Assembly (NCBI RefSeq): GCF_963921235.1
Contig: NC_086097.1
Coordinates: 51,958,001 to 52,022,000, forward strand
Direction: 5' to 3'
Source of the DNA: Mobula hypostoma
Lineage: Eukaryota
Length of the DNA stretch: 64,000 bases
A program made the translations under genes and the position numbers. Of the stretch, positions 13,071 through 26,228 are shown piece after piece (within the stretch, counting starts at the first letter, position 1; each line of letters starts with the position of its first letter). The notes below the pieces were generated by a model, which saw only the letters and a program-made list of their open reading frames with translations, had not been told where the DNA came from and did not search any database.

Positions 13071-13104
13071 TTTTGAATCTTACGTATCTCAGCATGTTGC
13101 ACTT

Positions 13105-14575
13105 AGAACATAGAATGGTAAAGAAAAGGAACAGGCCCATAATCTTGTGCCAAACCAGCTAAAAGGTTGGGCACAAAACCACCCAAAAATAATCCCTCCT
13201 AATCTACACAATGTCCATCTCCCTTCATCTTCCTCACTGTCATATGTCTATCTAAATGTCTCTTAATAGCCTCTAATGTATTTGCCTCTACCAGCATACC
13301 AGGCAGTGCATTCCAGGTATACTCCGCTCTCAGAGTGAAAAAGCTTACCCCTCTCATCCCCTTTGAACCTACCTTTCTCACTTTCAATGCATGCCCTTTG
13401 GTATTAGATAGTTCTACCACGGGAAACAGATACTTCCTGTTTACTCTATCAATACCTCTCATAATTTTATAACTCTTTATCAGATCTCTCCTCAGCCTCT
13501 GCCGCTCCAAAGAAAACAACCCATATTTGTCCAGCCTCTTGTGATAGCACATGCCTTCTAAGCCAGAAAGCATCCTGGTAAACCTCTTCTACACCCTCTC
13601 CAAGGCATCAACATCCTTCCTATAGTGAGACAACTAGAAATGCATGCAATAGTCTAGATGTGGCCTAACCACACTTTTATAAAGTTGCAACATAACCCCT
13701 TGACTTTTGAACTCAATGCCTCGACTAATAAAAAGCCAGTGTTCCATAAGCCTTCTTAACCACCTTATTGACCTGTGTAACCACTTTCTAGGAAATATGA
13801 ACCTGGACCCCAAGATCTCTGCTCAGCAGCACTGTTAAGGGTCTTACCCTTAACAGTGTACTGTCTCCTTGCATTTGCCATACCGAGGTGCGACACCTCA
13901 CGTTTATCTGGGTTAAACTCCATCTGCCATTTCTCTGCCCATATCTGCAACTGATCTATATTGTGTTGTATTCTTTGCCAGTCTTCTACATCATCCACAA
14001 CTCCACCAATCTTGATATCATCTGCAAATTTACCAGCCCATTCATCTTCATTTTCATCCAGGTTATTTATATACATCACAAACAGCAGAGGTCCCTGCAC
14101 AGATCCCTGTGGAACATTACTAATCACAGGCCTCCAGCTCCAATAAATCCCTTCAACCACAACCCTCTGTCTTCTATGTGCAAGCCAGTTCTGAATCCAA
14201 GCAGACAATATTCTGCAGATCCCATGCATTTTAATCTGCTGGATTAGCCTTCCATGAGGGACTTCTGTCAAATACCTTACTAAAATCCATGTAGACAACA
14301 TCCATTGCCGTATCCTCATAAATCTCTTTTGTCACCTGCCGAAAAACTCAATCAAGTTGGTAAGATATGACCTGCCCTGCACAAAGCCATGGTGGCTATC
14401 CCTAAGAAGGCCATGCTCACGTATCCTATGCCTAAGAATATTCTGCTGCAATTTCCCTAAAACTGATGTGAGACTCACTGATCTATAGTCCCCAGGACTT
14501 TCCCTTGTTCCTTTCTGAAATAAAGGTACAACATTAGCCACTCAACAGTCCTCTGGGACTTTGATGTGCCTAGAG
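13105..14575 (-). mobile_element. 5'-truncated CR1 LINE inserted in Rex1
   Basis: ORFs 14332-14541 (NVVPLFQKG..YRSVSLTS), 13765-14319 (VPQGSVQGPLLF...KFADD) and 13199-13573 (LFSLERQRLRRDLI); the tail is at ~13105. Confidence 0.9.
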
Positions 14576-14589
14576 AGAACATGAAGATA

Positions 14590-14715
14590 CTGGACTTGGT
14601 GATTAAAACTGAAGGGACGATGGCATTGAATGCTGAGGTGTAATCATTAAACAGCAGCCTGACATACGTTTTGCTGTTGTTTAGGTGCTCCAAGGCAGAG
14701 TGAGAGCTATGTGCT
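14590..14715 (-). mobile_element. Rex1 RT fragment (continuation of the 12235-13070 element)
   Basis: HSALEHLNNSKTYVRLLFNDYTSAFNAIVPSVLITK. Confidence 0.75.
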
Positions 14716-17700
14716 CTCAAAGATCTTGATAAAATATTTTATTTTTCAATATTTTTATTGATTTTGATTTCTATATATGGAAGAATACAGGGTTCAAGAG
14801 AATACATATTATGAAACAAAAAACAAAATATAATAATACCAGATACAGTATATTGAATCATATTAACAAACTCCTTACTCTTTATTCATATGGATTAGAT
14901 TAGTTCGTATATTAGAATATAAACAGTTTTATTTTAAAAAAAAAGGATCTACACCCACTACCAAAGCCGAAGCTGTTTGGGGAAAAAAAAGAAAAAAGAA
15001 ACTTATCAGATAATAAAATATACTATTAACCAACCTCTGTACTTTAACAAGAAGTCAAATATTATGAAAATAATTTAAAAACGGCCCCCACAAATTTTGA
15101 AAGTCTTGGTTAGATTCAGAAATTGAACAACCAATCTTTTCTAAATTTAGGCATGCCATAACATCCCGTATCCACTGAGCATGATGAGGCGGAACAGCAT
15201 CCTTCCATTTAAACAAAACCATCCTCCTAGCCATAAGACAGATAAAAGCCAGAATGTGCAAATCAGAAGTCTTCAAAATGGTATCTTTGCTTCCAACAAT
15301 ACCAAATAGGGAAGTCAAAGGATTAGGCTTAAAATTTACTTTAAAAGAGTACAGAAAAAGTTTGAAATATTTCATTCCAATATTTTCCAAGACTTGGACA
15401 AGTCCAAAACATATGAATAAGTGAAGCTTCTCCATTGTTACACCTATCACAATAGGGAGATATATCTCTATAAAAATGAGATAATTTATCCTTGGTCATA
15501 TAAGCCCTATGAACCACTTTAAATTGTAGTAGGGAATGATGAGCACATAGCAATGAAGTATTAACCAATTTAAAAATCTCATTCCAAGTTTCTTCAGAAA
15601 TTGAGGTCTGTAAATCGTGTTCCCAAAGATTTTTGATCTTGTCTAAAGAATCATGTCTCATTCCCAACAACATATCATAAATATTGGATATTGAACCATT
15701 ATAGAATGGTTTCATATTAAGAATTTTGTCTAATATGTTCTTATCAAGTCTATTAAGAAATATATGTAATCGAGATAGCAGAAAATCTCTAATTTGTAAG
15801 TACTGAAAAAAATGGGTTTTCGGTAAACTATATTTAGTTGACAATTGTTCAGATGAAGAAAGACTTCCTCCCACAGACAGATCCCGGAAACATGTAATGC
15901 CCAATCCTTCCCAATGCTTAAAGACTACATCAGTCATAGAAGGCTTAAAAAAATAATTTCAAAAAATGGGACTAGAAAGGGTTTTCCCAAGTGTTTCCTA
16001 AATTGTATCCAAATCCTTAAAGTATGTTTGACTACACATTTTCAGTTATCTTACTTAAGGATAAAGCAAGTGAAGATCCCAATAGGAAGATAATAGAAAA
16101 TTTATTAACCGAGTTAGCTTCTAAAGAAACCCACCCGGGACAATCCTCATGGTTAATATAGTATAACCAAAACGTGAGATTCCGTATATTTGCTGCCCAG
16201 TAATAAACTCTAAAATTTGGTAAGGCTAAACCTCCATTCTTTTTAATTTTCTGGAGATAGACTTTATTCAGTCGAGGTTGTTTATTTTTCCATATGTAGG
16301 AGGATAAAATAGAGTCTAGAGAGTCAAAAAAGGATTTAGGAATAAAAATGGGTAATGCCTGAAAGAGGTATATAAATTTAGGTAAAACATTCATTTTAAT
16401 AGAATTAATTCGGCCAATCAATGATAGCAAAAGGGGTGACCAATTTGATAATGTTCTTTTTATATAATTTAATAAAGTAACCAAATTTTCTTTAAATAAG
16501 TATTTATAATTCTTAGTAATTGTTACTCCCAAATAAGTGAATTGGTTTCTTAGGATTTTAAAAGGATGGTTACTATCAGTTAATGGCAAATTATTCAAAG
16601 GAAAAAGTTCACTCTTGTGTAGGTTCAGTTTATATCCAGAAAATTGATTAAAACAAGACAGTAAAGAAAGCACAGAAGGTAATAAAGTTTTGACGTTAGA
16701 AATATAAAGCAATAGATCATCCACATAAAGTGAAACTTTGTGGATAGTACCCTTCTGTAAAATACCAGTGATATCAATAGATTCTTGAAAAGCAATAGCT
16801 AAAGGTTTTAAAGCCAGGTCAAAAAGCAAAGGAGTCAAAGAGCAACCTTGTCTGGTTCCACGTTGAAGGTTAAATGGTTTAAAATTCTGAGAATTAGTAA
16901 GAACCCGAGCAAAAGAGGATAAATACAGCAATTTAATCCATTGAATAAAGTTGGACCCAAGATTAAATTTTTCTAAAATTTTAAATAAATAATGCCATTC
17001 AACCCGATCAAAAGCCTTCTCAGCGTCTAAGGATATCACACACTCCAATATCTCTAGAAGGAGAATAAATAACATTTAATAATCGACGAATATTGAAATG
17101 AGAATATCAATTTTTAATAAAGCCAGTCTGATCGTCAGAAATAGCAGATGGTAAGATATTTTCCATCCTACAGGCCAGAACTTTAGATAAAATTTTAGCA
17201 TCAACATTAAGTAAAGAAATTGGTCTATATGAAGAACATTCAGTTGGATTCTTATTCTTTTTAAGGATAAGCGAAATAGAAGCTTCGTAAAAGGATTGTG
17301 GTAACCTACCTGACTGAAAAGAATCTGAAAAAACTGAACTTAAACGGGGTTTGAGCAAGGAAGAAAAAGCCGTATAAAATTCTCCAGAGAATCTGTCAGG
17401 ACCTGGAGCTTTCCCTGAATGCAACAAACGTACAGCTTCAGCTATTTCTTTGTGAGAAATATATTGATCCAACTGTTTTCGGTCATCAACAGAAAGCATA
17501 GGGATATTTATCTGGTCTAAAAAGTTATCCATTACAGTATTATCTTTAAGAAGATCAGAGCTATAAAGTTTAGAATAATATTCTCTAAAAGTATCATTTA
17601 TTTCTAAATGATCAGTTGTCCTAATACAGTTAGCTTTATAAATTTCTTTAATCTGTCGTTTAGCACTAGAAGTTTTAATTTGATTAGCCAATAATTTACC

Positions 17701-18436
17701 TGTTTTATCCCCATGGATATAAAATTGGCTCTTATCCTTTAAAAGTTGAGTTTCAATAGGTATGTTAATAAAAAATCATGTTTAGCTTTAATTTCAACCC
17801 ATCTTTTATATACAGCAGGATCTGAGGTCAAAGCATATTCTTCATCTAATTGTTTCAGCTGATTGGCTAATTTAATTCTCTCTTTTTTAGCTTTTTTCTT
17901 AACACTTGCAGTATAAGAAATGATTTGTCCTCTAATATATGCTTTAAAGGCATCCCATATAATAAGGTTAGAAGTCTCCTCCACTGTTTTCTCTTCAAAA
18001 AAAAAGTGATTTGCCTCTCCAAAAACTTTGAAAAATCCTTGTCAGATAACAGAGTAAAATTAAAATGCCAGAATCTGTTTGAGGAAAACCAGGAAGATTT
18101 ATGGATAAGAGCACAGGAACATGGTCAGAGATAGCAATCTCTTTATATTCACAAAATCGAACTAATGGAATCATTTGGTTATCAATAAAAAACAGTCAAT
18201 TCTGGAATACGTATGATGAACATGGGAGAAAAATGAGTTATTTCTCTATCTGTTGGATATAAGAAATGCCATATATCAACAATGCCACATTTTGTTAAAA
18301 ATGAATGGATAATCGAAGTTGATTTATTAAGTGTCGTTGGTTTAGAAGAGGACTGGTCTAAAACTGGGTCTAACCAGCAATTAAAGTCTCTTGCCAACAC
18401 CAATGAATACACACTCAGATCAGGCAAAAATAAAAA

Positions 18437-19222
18437 CTATCCTTGTAAGCGGAACAAGTGCTACTCATGCCCTTACACTTCCTCCCTCACTACCATTCAG
18501 GGCCCCAGACAGTCCTTCCAGGTGAGGTGACACTTCACCTGTGAGTCGGCTGGGGTGATATACTGCGTCCGGTACTCCCGATGTGGCCTTCTATATATTG
18601 GCGAGACCTGACACAGACTGGGAGATCGTTTCGCTGAACACCTACGCTCTGTCTGCCAGAGAAAGCAGGATCTCCCAGTCACCACACATTTTAATTCCAT
18701 TCCCATTCTGATATGTCTATCCATGGCCTCCTCTACTGTAAAGATGAAGCCACACTCAGGTTGGAGGAACAACACCTTATATTCCATCTGGGTAGCCTCC
18801 AACCTGATGGCATGAACATTGACTTCTCTAACTTCCGCTAATGCTCCACCTAAGCCCTCGTACCCCATCTGTTACTTATTTATTTATATACGCACATTCT
18901 TTTTCTCTCTCTCCTTTTTCTCCCCTTGCCCATCGTCTGGTTTTTCTCCCCTCCCCCTTTTCTTTCTCCCTGGGCTTCCTGTTCCATGATCCTCTCATAT
19001 CCCTTTTGCCAATCACCTGTCCAGCTCTTGGCTCCATCCCTCCCCCTCCTGTCTTCTTCTATCATTTCGGATCTCCCCCTCCCCCTCCCACTTTCAAATC
19101 TCTTACTAGCTCTTCTTTCAGTTAGTCCTGATGAAGGGTCTCAGCCCAAAACGTCGACTGTACCTCTTCCTAGAGATGCTGCCTGGCCTGCTGTGTTCAC
19201 TGGCAACTTTTATGTGTGTTGC
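18437..19222 (+). mobile_element. Penelope-like element 3' part: GIY-YIG endonuclease remnant and pLTR/3' tail
   Basis: PCKRNKCYSCPY...FTCESAGVIYCVRYSRCGLLYIGET*HRLGDRFAEHLRSV...EEQHLIFHLGSLQPDGMNIDFSNFR*, followed by a pyrimidine-rich UTR and a hammerhead motif. Confidence 0.9.
19124..19159 (+). ncRNA. Minimal type-I hammerhead ribozyme motif (one core substitution) in the Penelope tail
   Basis: AGTC-CTGATGA-A-GGG-TCTCAG-CCC-AAAAC-GTC-GACT: stem I AGTC/GACT, CUGAUGA core, stem II GGG/CCC, GAAA mutated to AAAA, GUC cleavage triplet. Confidence 0.7.
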
Positions 19223-19544
19223 TCAAAGAATCCTGGATCATCTATACTTGGGGCATAAACATTGGCAAATAGCAACAATTTATCCACTAGTTTCCCTGAT
19301 ACTATAACAAATCATCCATTAGTATCAGAAACAACCTTGTGTTGAACAAAAGGAACTGAATTTTCTATAAAAATCGAGACACCTCTAACTCTGGCTTGAA
19401 AACTTGAGTGAAAGTGTTATTCTCGCCATCGGCTAAAAAGGCATGAATTATCAGAATTACGTCTGTGTGTTTCTTGTAAGAAAATAATTGGGACCTTAAG
19501 TTTTTTAATATAGGCAAAAATCTTATTTTGTTTCAAAAAAGTAT

Positions 19545-20210
19545 GATGACAGCCAGGGCATATTCATTTGGATCCACAGGAGAAACCCTGGGTATGATCC
19601 AGTCAACCAACTCAAAGCAATTCTGTAAATGCTTCTCTGGCTTCCTGCAGTCTTCAGTCTCTTCCTACATGCCAGGAGTAGAAGTACAGCCAGGTGACCT
19701 GCCAAAGTGCAGGCGTGGGATGGCATGGCAGATGTTCTTGACGGTGGTGTAGCAGTGAGTGTGTTGGCTTCTGTAGTTCCACAAATGATGTGTTGGCAGT
19801 AGTTTGTCGGAGACTTCCTCAAGCTGGCCTGGTTGAAGTTGCCTGTGATGATCGAGAAGGCATCAGGATGTGCGTCTCGTGACTGCTGATCACAGGGCTT
19901 GGTTCCTCCAGTGCCAGTTTAATGTTTCTATACCTCATCCCTGATGGTAGTAACAAGAAGATGGCATTCAGAGTCAGAATTAGGATCGCAATCTCAATCA
20001 GGTTTTTTTATCATTGACGTATGCCATGAAATGTGATGTTTTGTGGCAGCAGTACAGTGCAAGACATAAAATATTACTATAAGTTGCAATAATAAATAAA
20101 TAAATAGATAGATAATTTATTCTGCATGTCCAATCTGGTGATGGCCCTCAGTGACGGATGCTGCCTTCTTGAGACACCGCCTCTTGGAGATGTCCTTGGT
20201 TTTGTAGAGG
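19545..20210 (-). mobile_element. Rex1 LINE fragments (endonuclease remnant, then 3' tail pieces)
   Basis: PDAFSIITGNFNQASL...NYCQHIICGT near 19770-19870; Rex1-type tail at 19975-20100. Confidence 0.65.
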
Positions 20211-20384
20211 GTTGTGCTCACACCAGATTATTAATGCAAATTGTTTTATTTCTATTTTAAAACTTCTTGGGGGAACTAGCTGTGAGCTGATTGTCTACTG
20301 CATTTGCCACTTTAAAAAACTGTGACTTTGTAGGGTATGGAATGCTTTGAGGTGTTTTATTTATCCACAGAAACAACATTCATT

Positions 20385-21070
20385 GTCCATCCTTAGTTGC
20401 TCTTGCGAATGAGGTTGTGAGCCATCTTCTTGAACAGCTGTTGTATTATTTTGGATGCCCAGATCTGAGCTGCCAAATCTGTGCTGGGTCTATTGTATTT
20501 AACACAATTATAATATCTGTGTCCAGGGTGTGAAGGTGGGACAGCCTTCAGGATAACATCTACCTGTGCCAAGGGTAGTTGCACTGACCAGGATAAGGTC
20601 AAGCCCATTTGTTCTTTATATAGATTCATTCACTATCTGCTTCAGATTTGGTCTAACGTCTGTTCCTTAAGACTCAAGATAGCTTGGTCGATAGAGCAGC
20701 TACCAAGCCTCTCATTGTGATGGACATTGAAATCCATGTTCATTATTGAGAATTGCTATTCATTATCTGGAGGAGAATGCTGTATGGTAATCAGGATCCG
20801 AAGCCGTAGGACATCATGTGGTTTCGAGTCAACAATGAGGTTACTCAAGGCTATTCCCTCCTCCCTTCATACAACTGTTCTGCCCCATCTGGTGGACCAG
20901 ATCTGACAGGGGGACAGGACATGCCCAGGGAATTTGGAGGAGGAGCTTTGCCTGTAACGTGTGACTCTGTAAGTATAACTTTGTCAGGCTGTGGGGCAGC
21001 TCTCCCAATTTAGTATTCCCAGATGTCCATGAGGAATCTTTTGCAAAGCCGACAGGGCAGGTCTGAACTT
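20385..21070 (-). mobile_element. Very old LINE-derived fragments (CR1/L2 group)
   Basis: The tail-like segment ccatccttagttgctcttgcgaatgaggttgtgagccatcttcttgaacagctg resembles 11925-11990. No clean ORF is present. Confidence 0.35.
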
Positions 21071-21624
21071 TGATACATTAGAATACAGTGCTCCAATCTA
21101 CACTAGGCAGTTTTATTCTTCTTTTCTATTCCCACTAGTGTGTAATCTATTCTACTGCAGTAGGAGGGAAGCTTCTGTTCAAGTATTTAAATAAAACTTG
21201 TAGTTTTTGTCCACAAGAACATTATATTGCCATAAAATCTCATAAGGTTAACTAAGGTCCTTTAAGAAAGTAAGTTTGGCTCCCTTACTTGTCCTGATCT
21301 ATGTGTACTCTCATGAGATCAGTAGAAATTAAGTTTGAATGTCACCAGCAACATCTATATCCTGTAAATGAATAATTTTTTTGAAACAAATTGGTTTTTG
21401 AAAGTGATAAAAACTCTAAGGGTCAAAACTTGCAAAGATTTGGGAATAACTGAATTGCTGTTTGATGCAAACTTCATGGAACAAATGGTTTTGTATGGTG
21501 TGTATATTTATATTGTTCTCTGATCAGCTCATTTTAATACTTTCCTGTTATAGATTCTCCAGTTAGAAATTTTGATAAGCAATTAGGGCACATTTTCCTA
21601 TGTCCTTGTTTTAAAGTTATAAGT

Positions 21625-21775
21625 GAAGTTCAGAGTAAATTTATTATCAAAGTTCATATATGTCACCATATACAACATTGAGATTCAAGTTCTTGTGGGC
21701 ATAATTGATAAGTCTATAGAATAATAACCATAACAGAATCAATGAAAGACTGCCCAACAAGGGTGTTCAACCAGA
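21625..21775 (-). mobile_element. Rex1-type LINE 3' tail
   Basis: Reverse complement of the tail at 5110-5210; a similar copy lies at 33265-33415. Confidence 0.7.
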
Positions 21776-22898
21776 AGTGAAAAGTAGTAAAAACCACTTA
21801 CTGGATAACTTTCAAAATATTTCTAAATATTTTATGTCAGTTTCAACAGACATTGAACAACATTTACTGAATAGGCTCAAAATATACTGTGGGAGGAATA
21901 TCCCCAAGGATGAATTGGGAACATAGAAAGACAAAAGATCTAAACTCCAGTCCACTTATAACCCACCTAGGATGCAAGTATTCAGTAAATACTTTTAAGA
22001 AGGCTTTGTGATATCAATTTAATAGGATTTTAACTTTTACCCCATTAGGGTCTGTTTCCTCAGAGTCAAAATAAAACAGCAGGTAGTCAGGTTAAAACAA
22101 TGTCTTTCAATGTTCAGTAGGACTTCTGGGAAGACCATCTTTCTGGGTTTCCCATCCTTAAACTGACCTCTCCCCACCCCCATTGCCACTCTTTTCACAA
22201 CGGAAGTAAATATAGGGGCCTTTGTCTCCAGAGAGTTGATTAATCCAATTATTACCATGATAACTAAAACATACGTCTTAGTTTATGCAGCACCATAGTG
22301 AGAGGATGGCTGAACTTGAGCTGTGCCCTGATTTGTTTGCAGTGACTGGCTGTATTTAATGTTATTTCAGGTGGATACAGACAAATACGTGAGATTTATG
22401 CCAAGCTTGGAATCCAGATACTTTATCCTGTGTACTTTAGAAAAATAATGCCTTTTTTTTCCAGAATACTTCTACATTCATCACAGTGTCCAAAATGTTT
22501 GACTTGCTTGCCATTTGATGCTGATGTCCGTAGAATAACGTTTTGTTCATCTAATGCTCCAATTCAGACTATATAACCTCTCTCCTTGAGACAATTCAGA
22601 CTGTTGGTGATCGTTCTTGTACAAAGAGCCTCAGTCTGGCTGCTGGTCTGCCAGTTATAAAAATAGGCAATGTCATAACTGAAGATTCAAGAGAATGCAT
22701 TTATGTATTTCATAACTACTGATAGATAGTTATCTCTGTTTAGATAAATCAGATAACAAAGGCAAAAGAGTATTCAACTCTTTAAATGAAAATTTAGCAA
22801 TGAAACTAAATTATCTTTATATAAAAGTAATGCTTTACTTTTTCATGGCAGGTAAGTACTGTGTAGTTGCAGCATTGAAGAAACTAACATTACTTTTT

Positions 22899-23126
22899 CA
22901 CAAACAGGAAAAAATCTGCAGATGCTGGAAATCCATGCAACACACACAAAATGCTGGAGGAACTCAGCAGGCCAGGCAGCATCTGTGAAAAAGAGTACAG
23001 TTGTCGTTTCAGGTTGAGACCCTTCAGCAGTCCTGCTAAAGGGTTTCAACCTGAAACATCGACTGTACTCTTTTTCATAAATGCTGCCTGGCCTGCTGAG
23101 TTGCTCCAGCATTTTGTGTGTGTTGC
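22899..23126. repeat. Penelope-derived inverted repeat (arms 22937-23030 / 23033-23126) containing two opposed hammerhead motifs
   Basis: GCAACACACACAAAATGCTGGAG...ACCCTTCAGCAG-TC-CTGCTAAAGGGT...CTCCAGCATTTTGTGTGTGTTGC. The right arm is homologous to the Penelope tail at 19124-19222. Confidence 0.85.
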
Positions 23127-24089
23127 TAACATTATTTCTTGAACTTTGTTTTTAACCATTCATGCCACAAGTCCCTCCCAGTTAAAAGTGTGGGCAGGAA
23201 TTTATAACTGTTAAAATCTGCTGGAAAGCAGCCATGGGTTCATACATTATCAGGGTTTCCCTCTTTTTTCTAGGAACAGCTTGTTTCGAATGAGTTCTCC
23301 AAGACTAGTTTCTGCCATTGAAATAATGATGCTGTACTGAGAGCTTATATTCTGGGCAAACTTACTCAGTTACACTTAGTAAATCATTCTGTCACTTGAA
23401 TGATTTAAAATGTTGTGAGCCTCTTTCAGGGCACTTTGGCAGCAGCAATTTCAATAGTTCGTGTTGTTGCCATAACAAAGCAGAGATGATGAAAGTGGAA
23501 TTCTAAGTTGACAATTTCAATATAAATTCCTTGTTTTCTTTCAAAATCAAGACCTTACATTTTTTATATGTGGCTTACTTCGTGAAAACTGCATCAAATT
23601 ATAATTATCAAAAATCATATTGTATTTTATAAGATCACAAAGGGCAGAAAGCACAGAAAAAATGTCATTTGATTCAGCTGAGCGATGCCACCATTTTAAC
23701 CAGATTCATTTTCCCCGTCTTTCCCTAGTTAGTTGACTCACAGTTATTTTCCCAAGTGTATGTACAATAAAACAGAAACTCTTAATGATAGGTGACTCTG
23801 AGGAAAGTGGGTGGTTTTGTTTCATTGCAAGCAATCATTAGACTGAAGTGGGAAGCTGAAATCAACTTCCTTCGTAGGTTATCAGTTTGAGGTTGATACT
23901 TCTACAACTTCTAGATATTATTCATTTACAAACAGTCAGTAGTTGTGAAGCAGGTGGCAGGAGGTAACTACCAAACTATGGACAGGTGAAGCTTAGCAGG
24001 GGCAAGCTGAGAGACCACCTTCTGATACATGGGTAAGCTGGTGAGATGGAAGGCGGGACAAGAAGTAAGGTTGTTTCTAGCTAATCATG

Positions 24090-25950
24090 TTAGTTACCAG
24101 GAAGCTGATGATGGTGAGGCAGTGGATATTGTGTACATGGACTTTAGCAAGGCACTTGACAGGATCCCACGTGGGAGGTTGGTTAAGAAGGTTCAGTTGC
24201 TTGACATTCAAGGTGAGGTAGTAGATTGGTTTAGACATTGGCTTTGTGGGAGAAGCTAGAGAGAGGTAGTGGATGGTTGCCTCTCTGACTGGAGGCCTGT
24301 GACTGGTGGAGTGCCACAGGGATCGGTGCTGGGTCCAATGCCGTTTGTCATCTTTATCAACGATCTGGATGATAATGCGGTTAACTGGATCAGGGAATTT
24401 GCAGATGACACCAAGATTAGGGGTGTAGTTGACAGCAAGGATCTGGAGCAGACAGAAAAATGGCTGAAAAATGACAGATGGAACTTAGTGCAGACAAGTG
24501 TGAGGTGTTACTCTTTGGTAGGGCCAATCTTACACAGTGCGTGGTGGAGCACTGAGGAGTGCTGTGGAGCAAAGGGATCTGGGAATACAGATACAGAATA
24601 AAGGGTGAAAGGGAATTCATTGAAAGTGGCATTACAGGTGGATAGGGTCGTAAAGAAAGCATTTGGCACATTGGCCTTCATAAATGAATGCATTGAGTAC
24701 AGGAGACGGGATGTTATGTTAAAGTTATATAAGATGTTCGTGAGGCCTAATTTAAAGTATTGTCTGCTGTTTTAGTCACCTCCCTACAGGAAAGATGTAA
24801 ATAAGGTTGAAACAGTACAGAGAATATTTACAAGGAAGTTGCTAGGACTAGAGGATCAGAGTTATAAGGAAATATTGAATAGGTTAGATTGTTTTTTAGA
24901 TTATGAGGACACGCAGTCCTCTTTTATTGTCATTTAGTAATGCATACATTAAGAAATGATACAATGTTTTTCCAGAATGATATCACAGAAACACATGACA
25001 AACCCAGACTGAAAAACTGACAAAAACCATATAATTATAACATACAGTTACAACAGTGCAAAGCAATACTGTAATTTGATAAGAACAGACCATGGGCTCA
25101 GTACAGTCTCAAAGTCTATCGAAAGTCCCATCATCTCACGCAGACGGTAAACCTCCAGTGCTGCAAACTTGCCGATGCAGCATCCCGGAATCATCCAACC
25201 ACAGTCCGACTCCGAGTCCGTCCGAAAACTCCGAGCCTCTGACCAGCTCCCCGACACCGATGCACCGAGCACCATCTCCACCGAGCGCTTTGACCCCGGC
25301 CCCAGCAACAGGCAACAGGCAAGGCCGAGGATTTGGGGCCTTCCCTCTGGAGATTCTTGATCGCACAATAGCAGCGCCAGCGAAGCAGGCATTTCAGAAG
25401 TTTCTCCAGATGTTCCTCCGTGCTCTCACGTCTGTCTCTATCAAATCAGGATTGTGCACGACATCCTACTTCACAGATACGATATCAATTCGGAACCGCT
25501 GTGCGCACTGCGTCACGCCGCCATCTTCTCCTCCCTCCTCCCCTAGGACTTTATTCCTTGGAATGTAGAAGATTGAGGGGAGATTTGATAGAGGTATACA
25601 AAATTATGAGGGGTATAGGGTAAATTCAAGCAGGCTTTTCCACTGAGGTTGGGTGGGAATGCAACTGGAGGCAATGGATTAAGGGTGAAAGGTGAAAAAT
25701 TTAAGAGGAACATGAGGGTAAACTTCTTCACTCAGAGGGCCGTGAGAGTGTGGAACAAACTGCCAGTGCAAGTGGTGTATGCGAGCTCGATTTCAATGTT
25801 TAAGAGAAGTTTAGCTAGGTACCTGGATAGCAGGGGCAAGGAGGTCTATGGTCCTGATGCAGGTCAATGGGAGTAGGCAGACTAAATGGTTTAGCACGGA
25901 CTGGATGGGCCAAAGGGCCTGTTTCTATGCTGTACTTCTCTATGTCTGTG
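24090..25950 (+). mobile_element. CR1 LINE RT through 3' tail, interrupted at 24888-25543
   Basis: AVDIVYMDFSKALD, VPQGSVLGP...FADDTKI, LGLYSLECRRLRGDLIEVYKIM, FFTQRAVRVWNKLP. Confidence 0.88.
24888..25543 (-). mobile_element. Non-coding LINE-derived retroposon, copy 1
   Basis: The minus strand starts GGAGAAGATGGCGGCG and ends ATGACAATAAAA-GAGGAC-TGCGT-GTCCTC-ATAATCTAA. It is homologous to 57093-57771, and the host CR1 sequence rejoins across it. Confidence 0.8.
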
Positions 25951-26228
25951 TGACTCTTTGACAAAATATGTTTAAAAACAGCAAGGTAGGGGACGCAAGG
26001 CTCCATATATGTGGCTGATACAATGACTACATTTATGAAGATTGTTCTTTGTTGAATCAGCATTAACAAAAATAAAAGATAGTTTTATTGGAAACTGAAA
26101 GAAAAGAGTTCATTTTATTGATGATTTACAAATAAATGAGCTGTGGGTCTACTTGCCTCGCTAAGCTTCTCCACTTGGCTGATTTAATTGACACCTCCAC
26201 TGTATATTCCCAAATGCCCATGATAACA

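Larger units (their letters stand above)
14735..19525 (-). mobile_element. L1/Tx1-clade LINE, nearly complete but frameshifted ORF2 (EN-RT-CCHC) plus A-rich 3' end; interrupted by Penelope
   Basis: EN: IIFLQETH...RGVSIFI...NVYAPS. Pre-RT: KAPGPDRFSGEFY, SYRPISLLNVDAKILSK. RT: SLDAEKAFDRVEW, RGTRQGC, LYVDDLL. CCHC: CDRCNNGEASLIHMFWTC. AATAAA-rich tail near 14735-14760. Confidence 0.92.

Noticed and set aside
22843..23142. Two nearly identical ORFs on opposite strands
   Set aside because: Artefact of the palindrome, not protein-coding genes.
25048..25568. Several overlapping GC-rich ORFs (also 57225-57549)
   Set aside because: They lie in a non-coding retroposon, and the frames are not conserved between the two copies.
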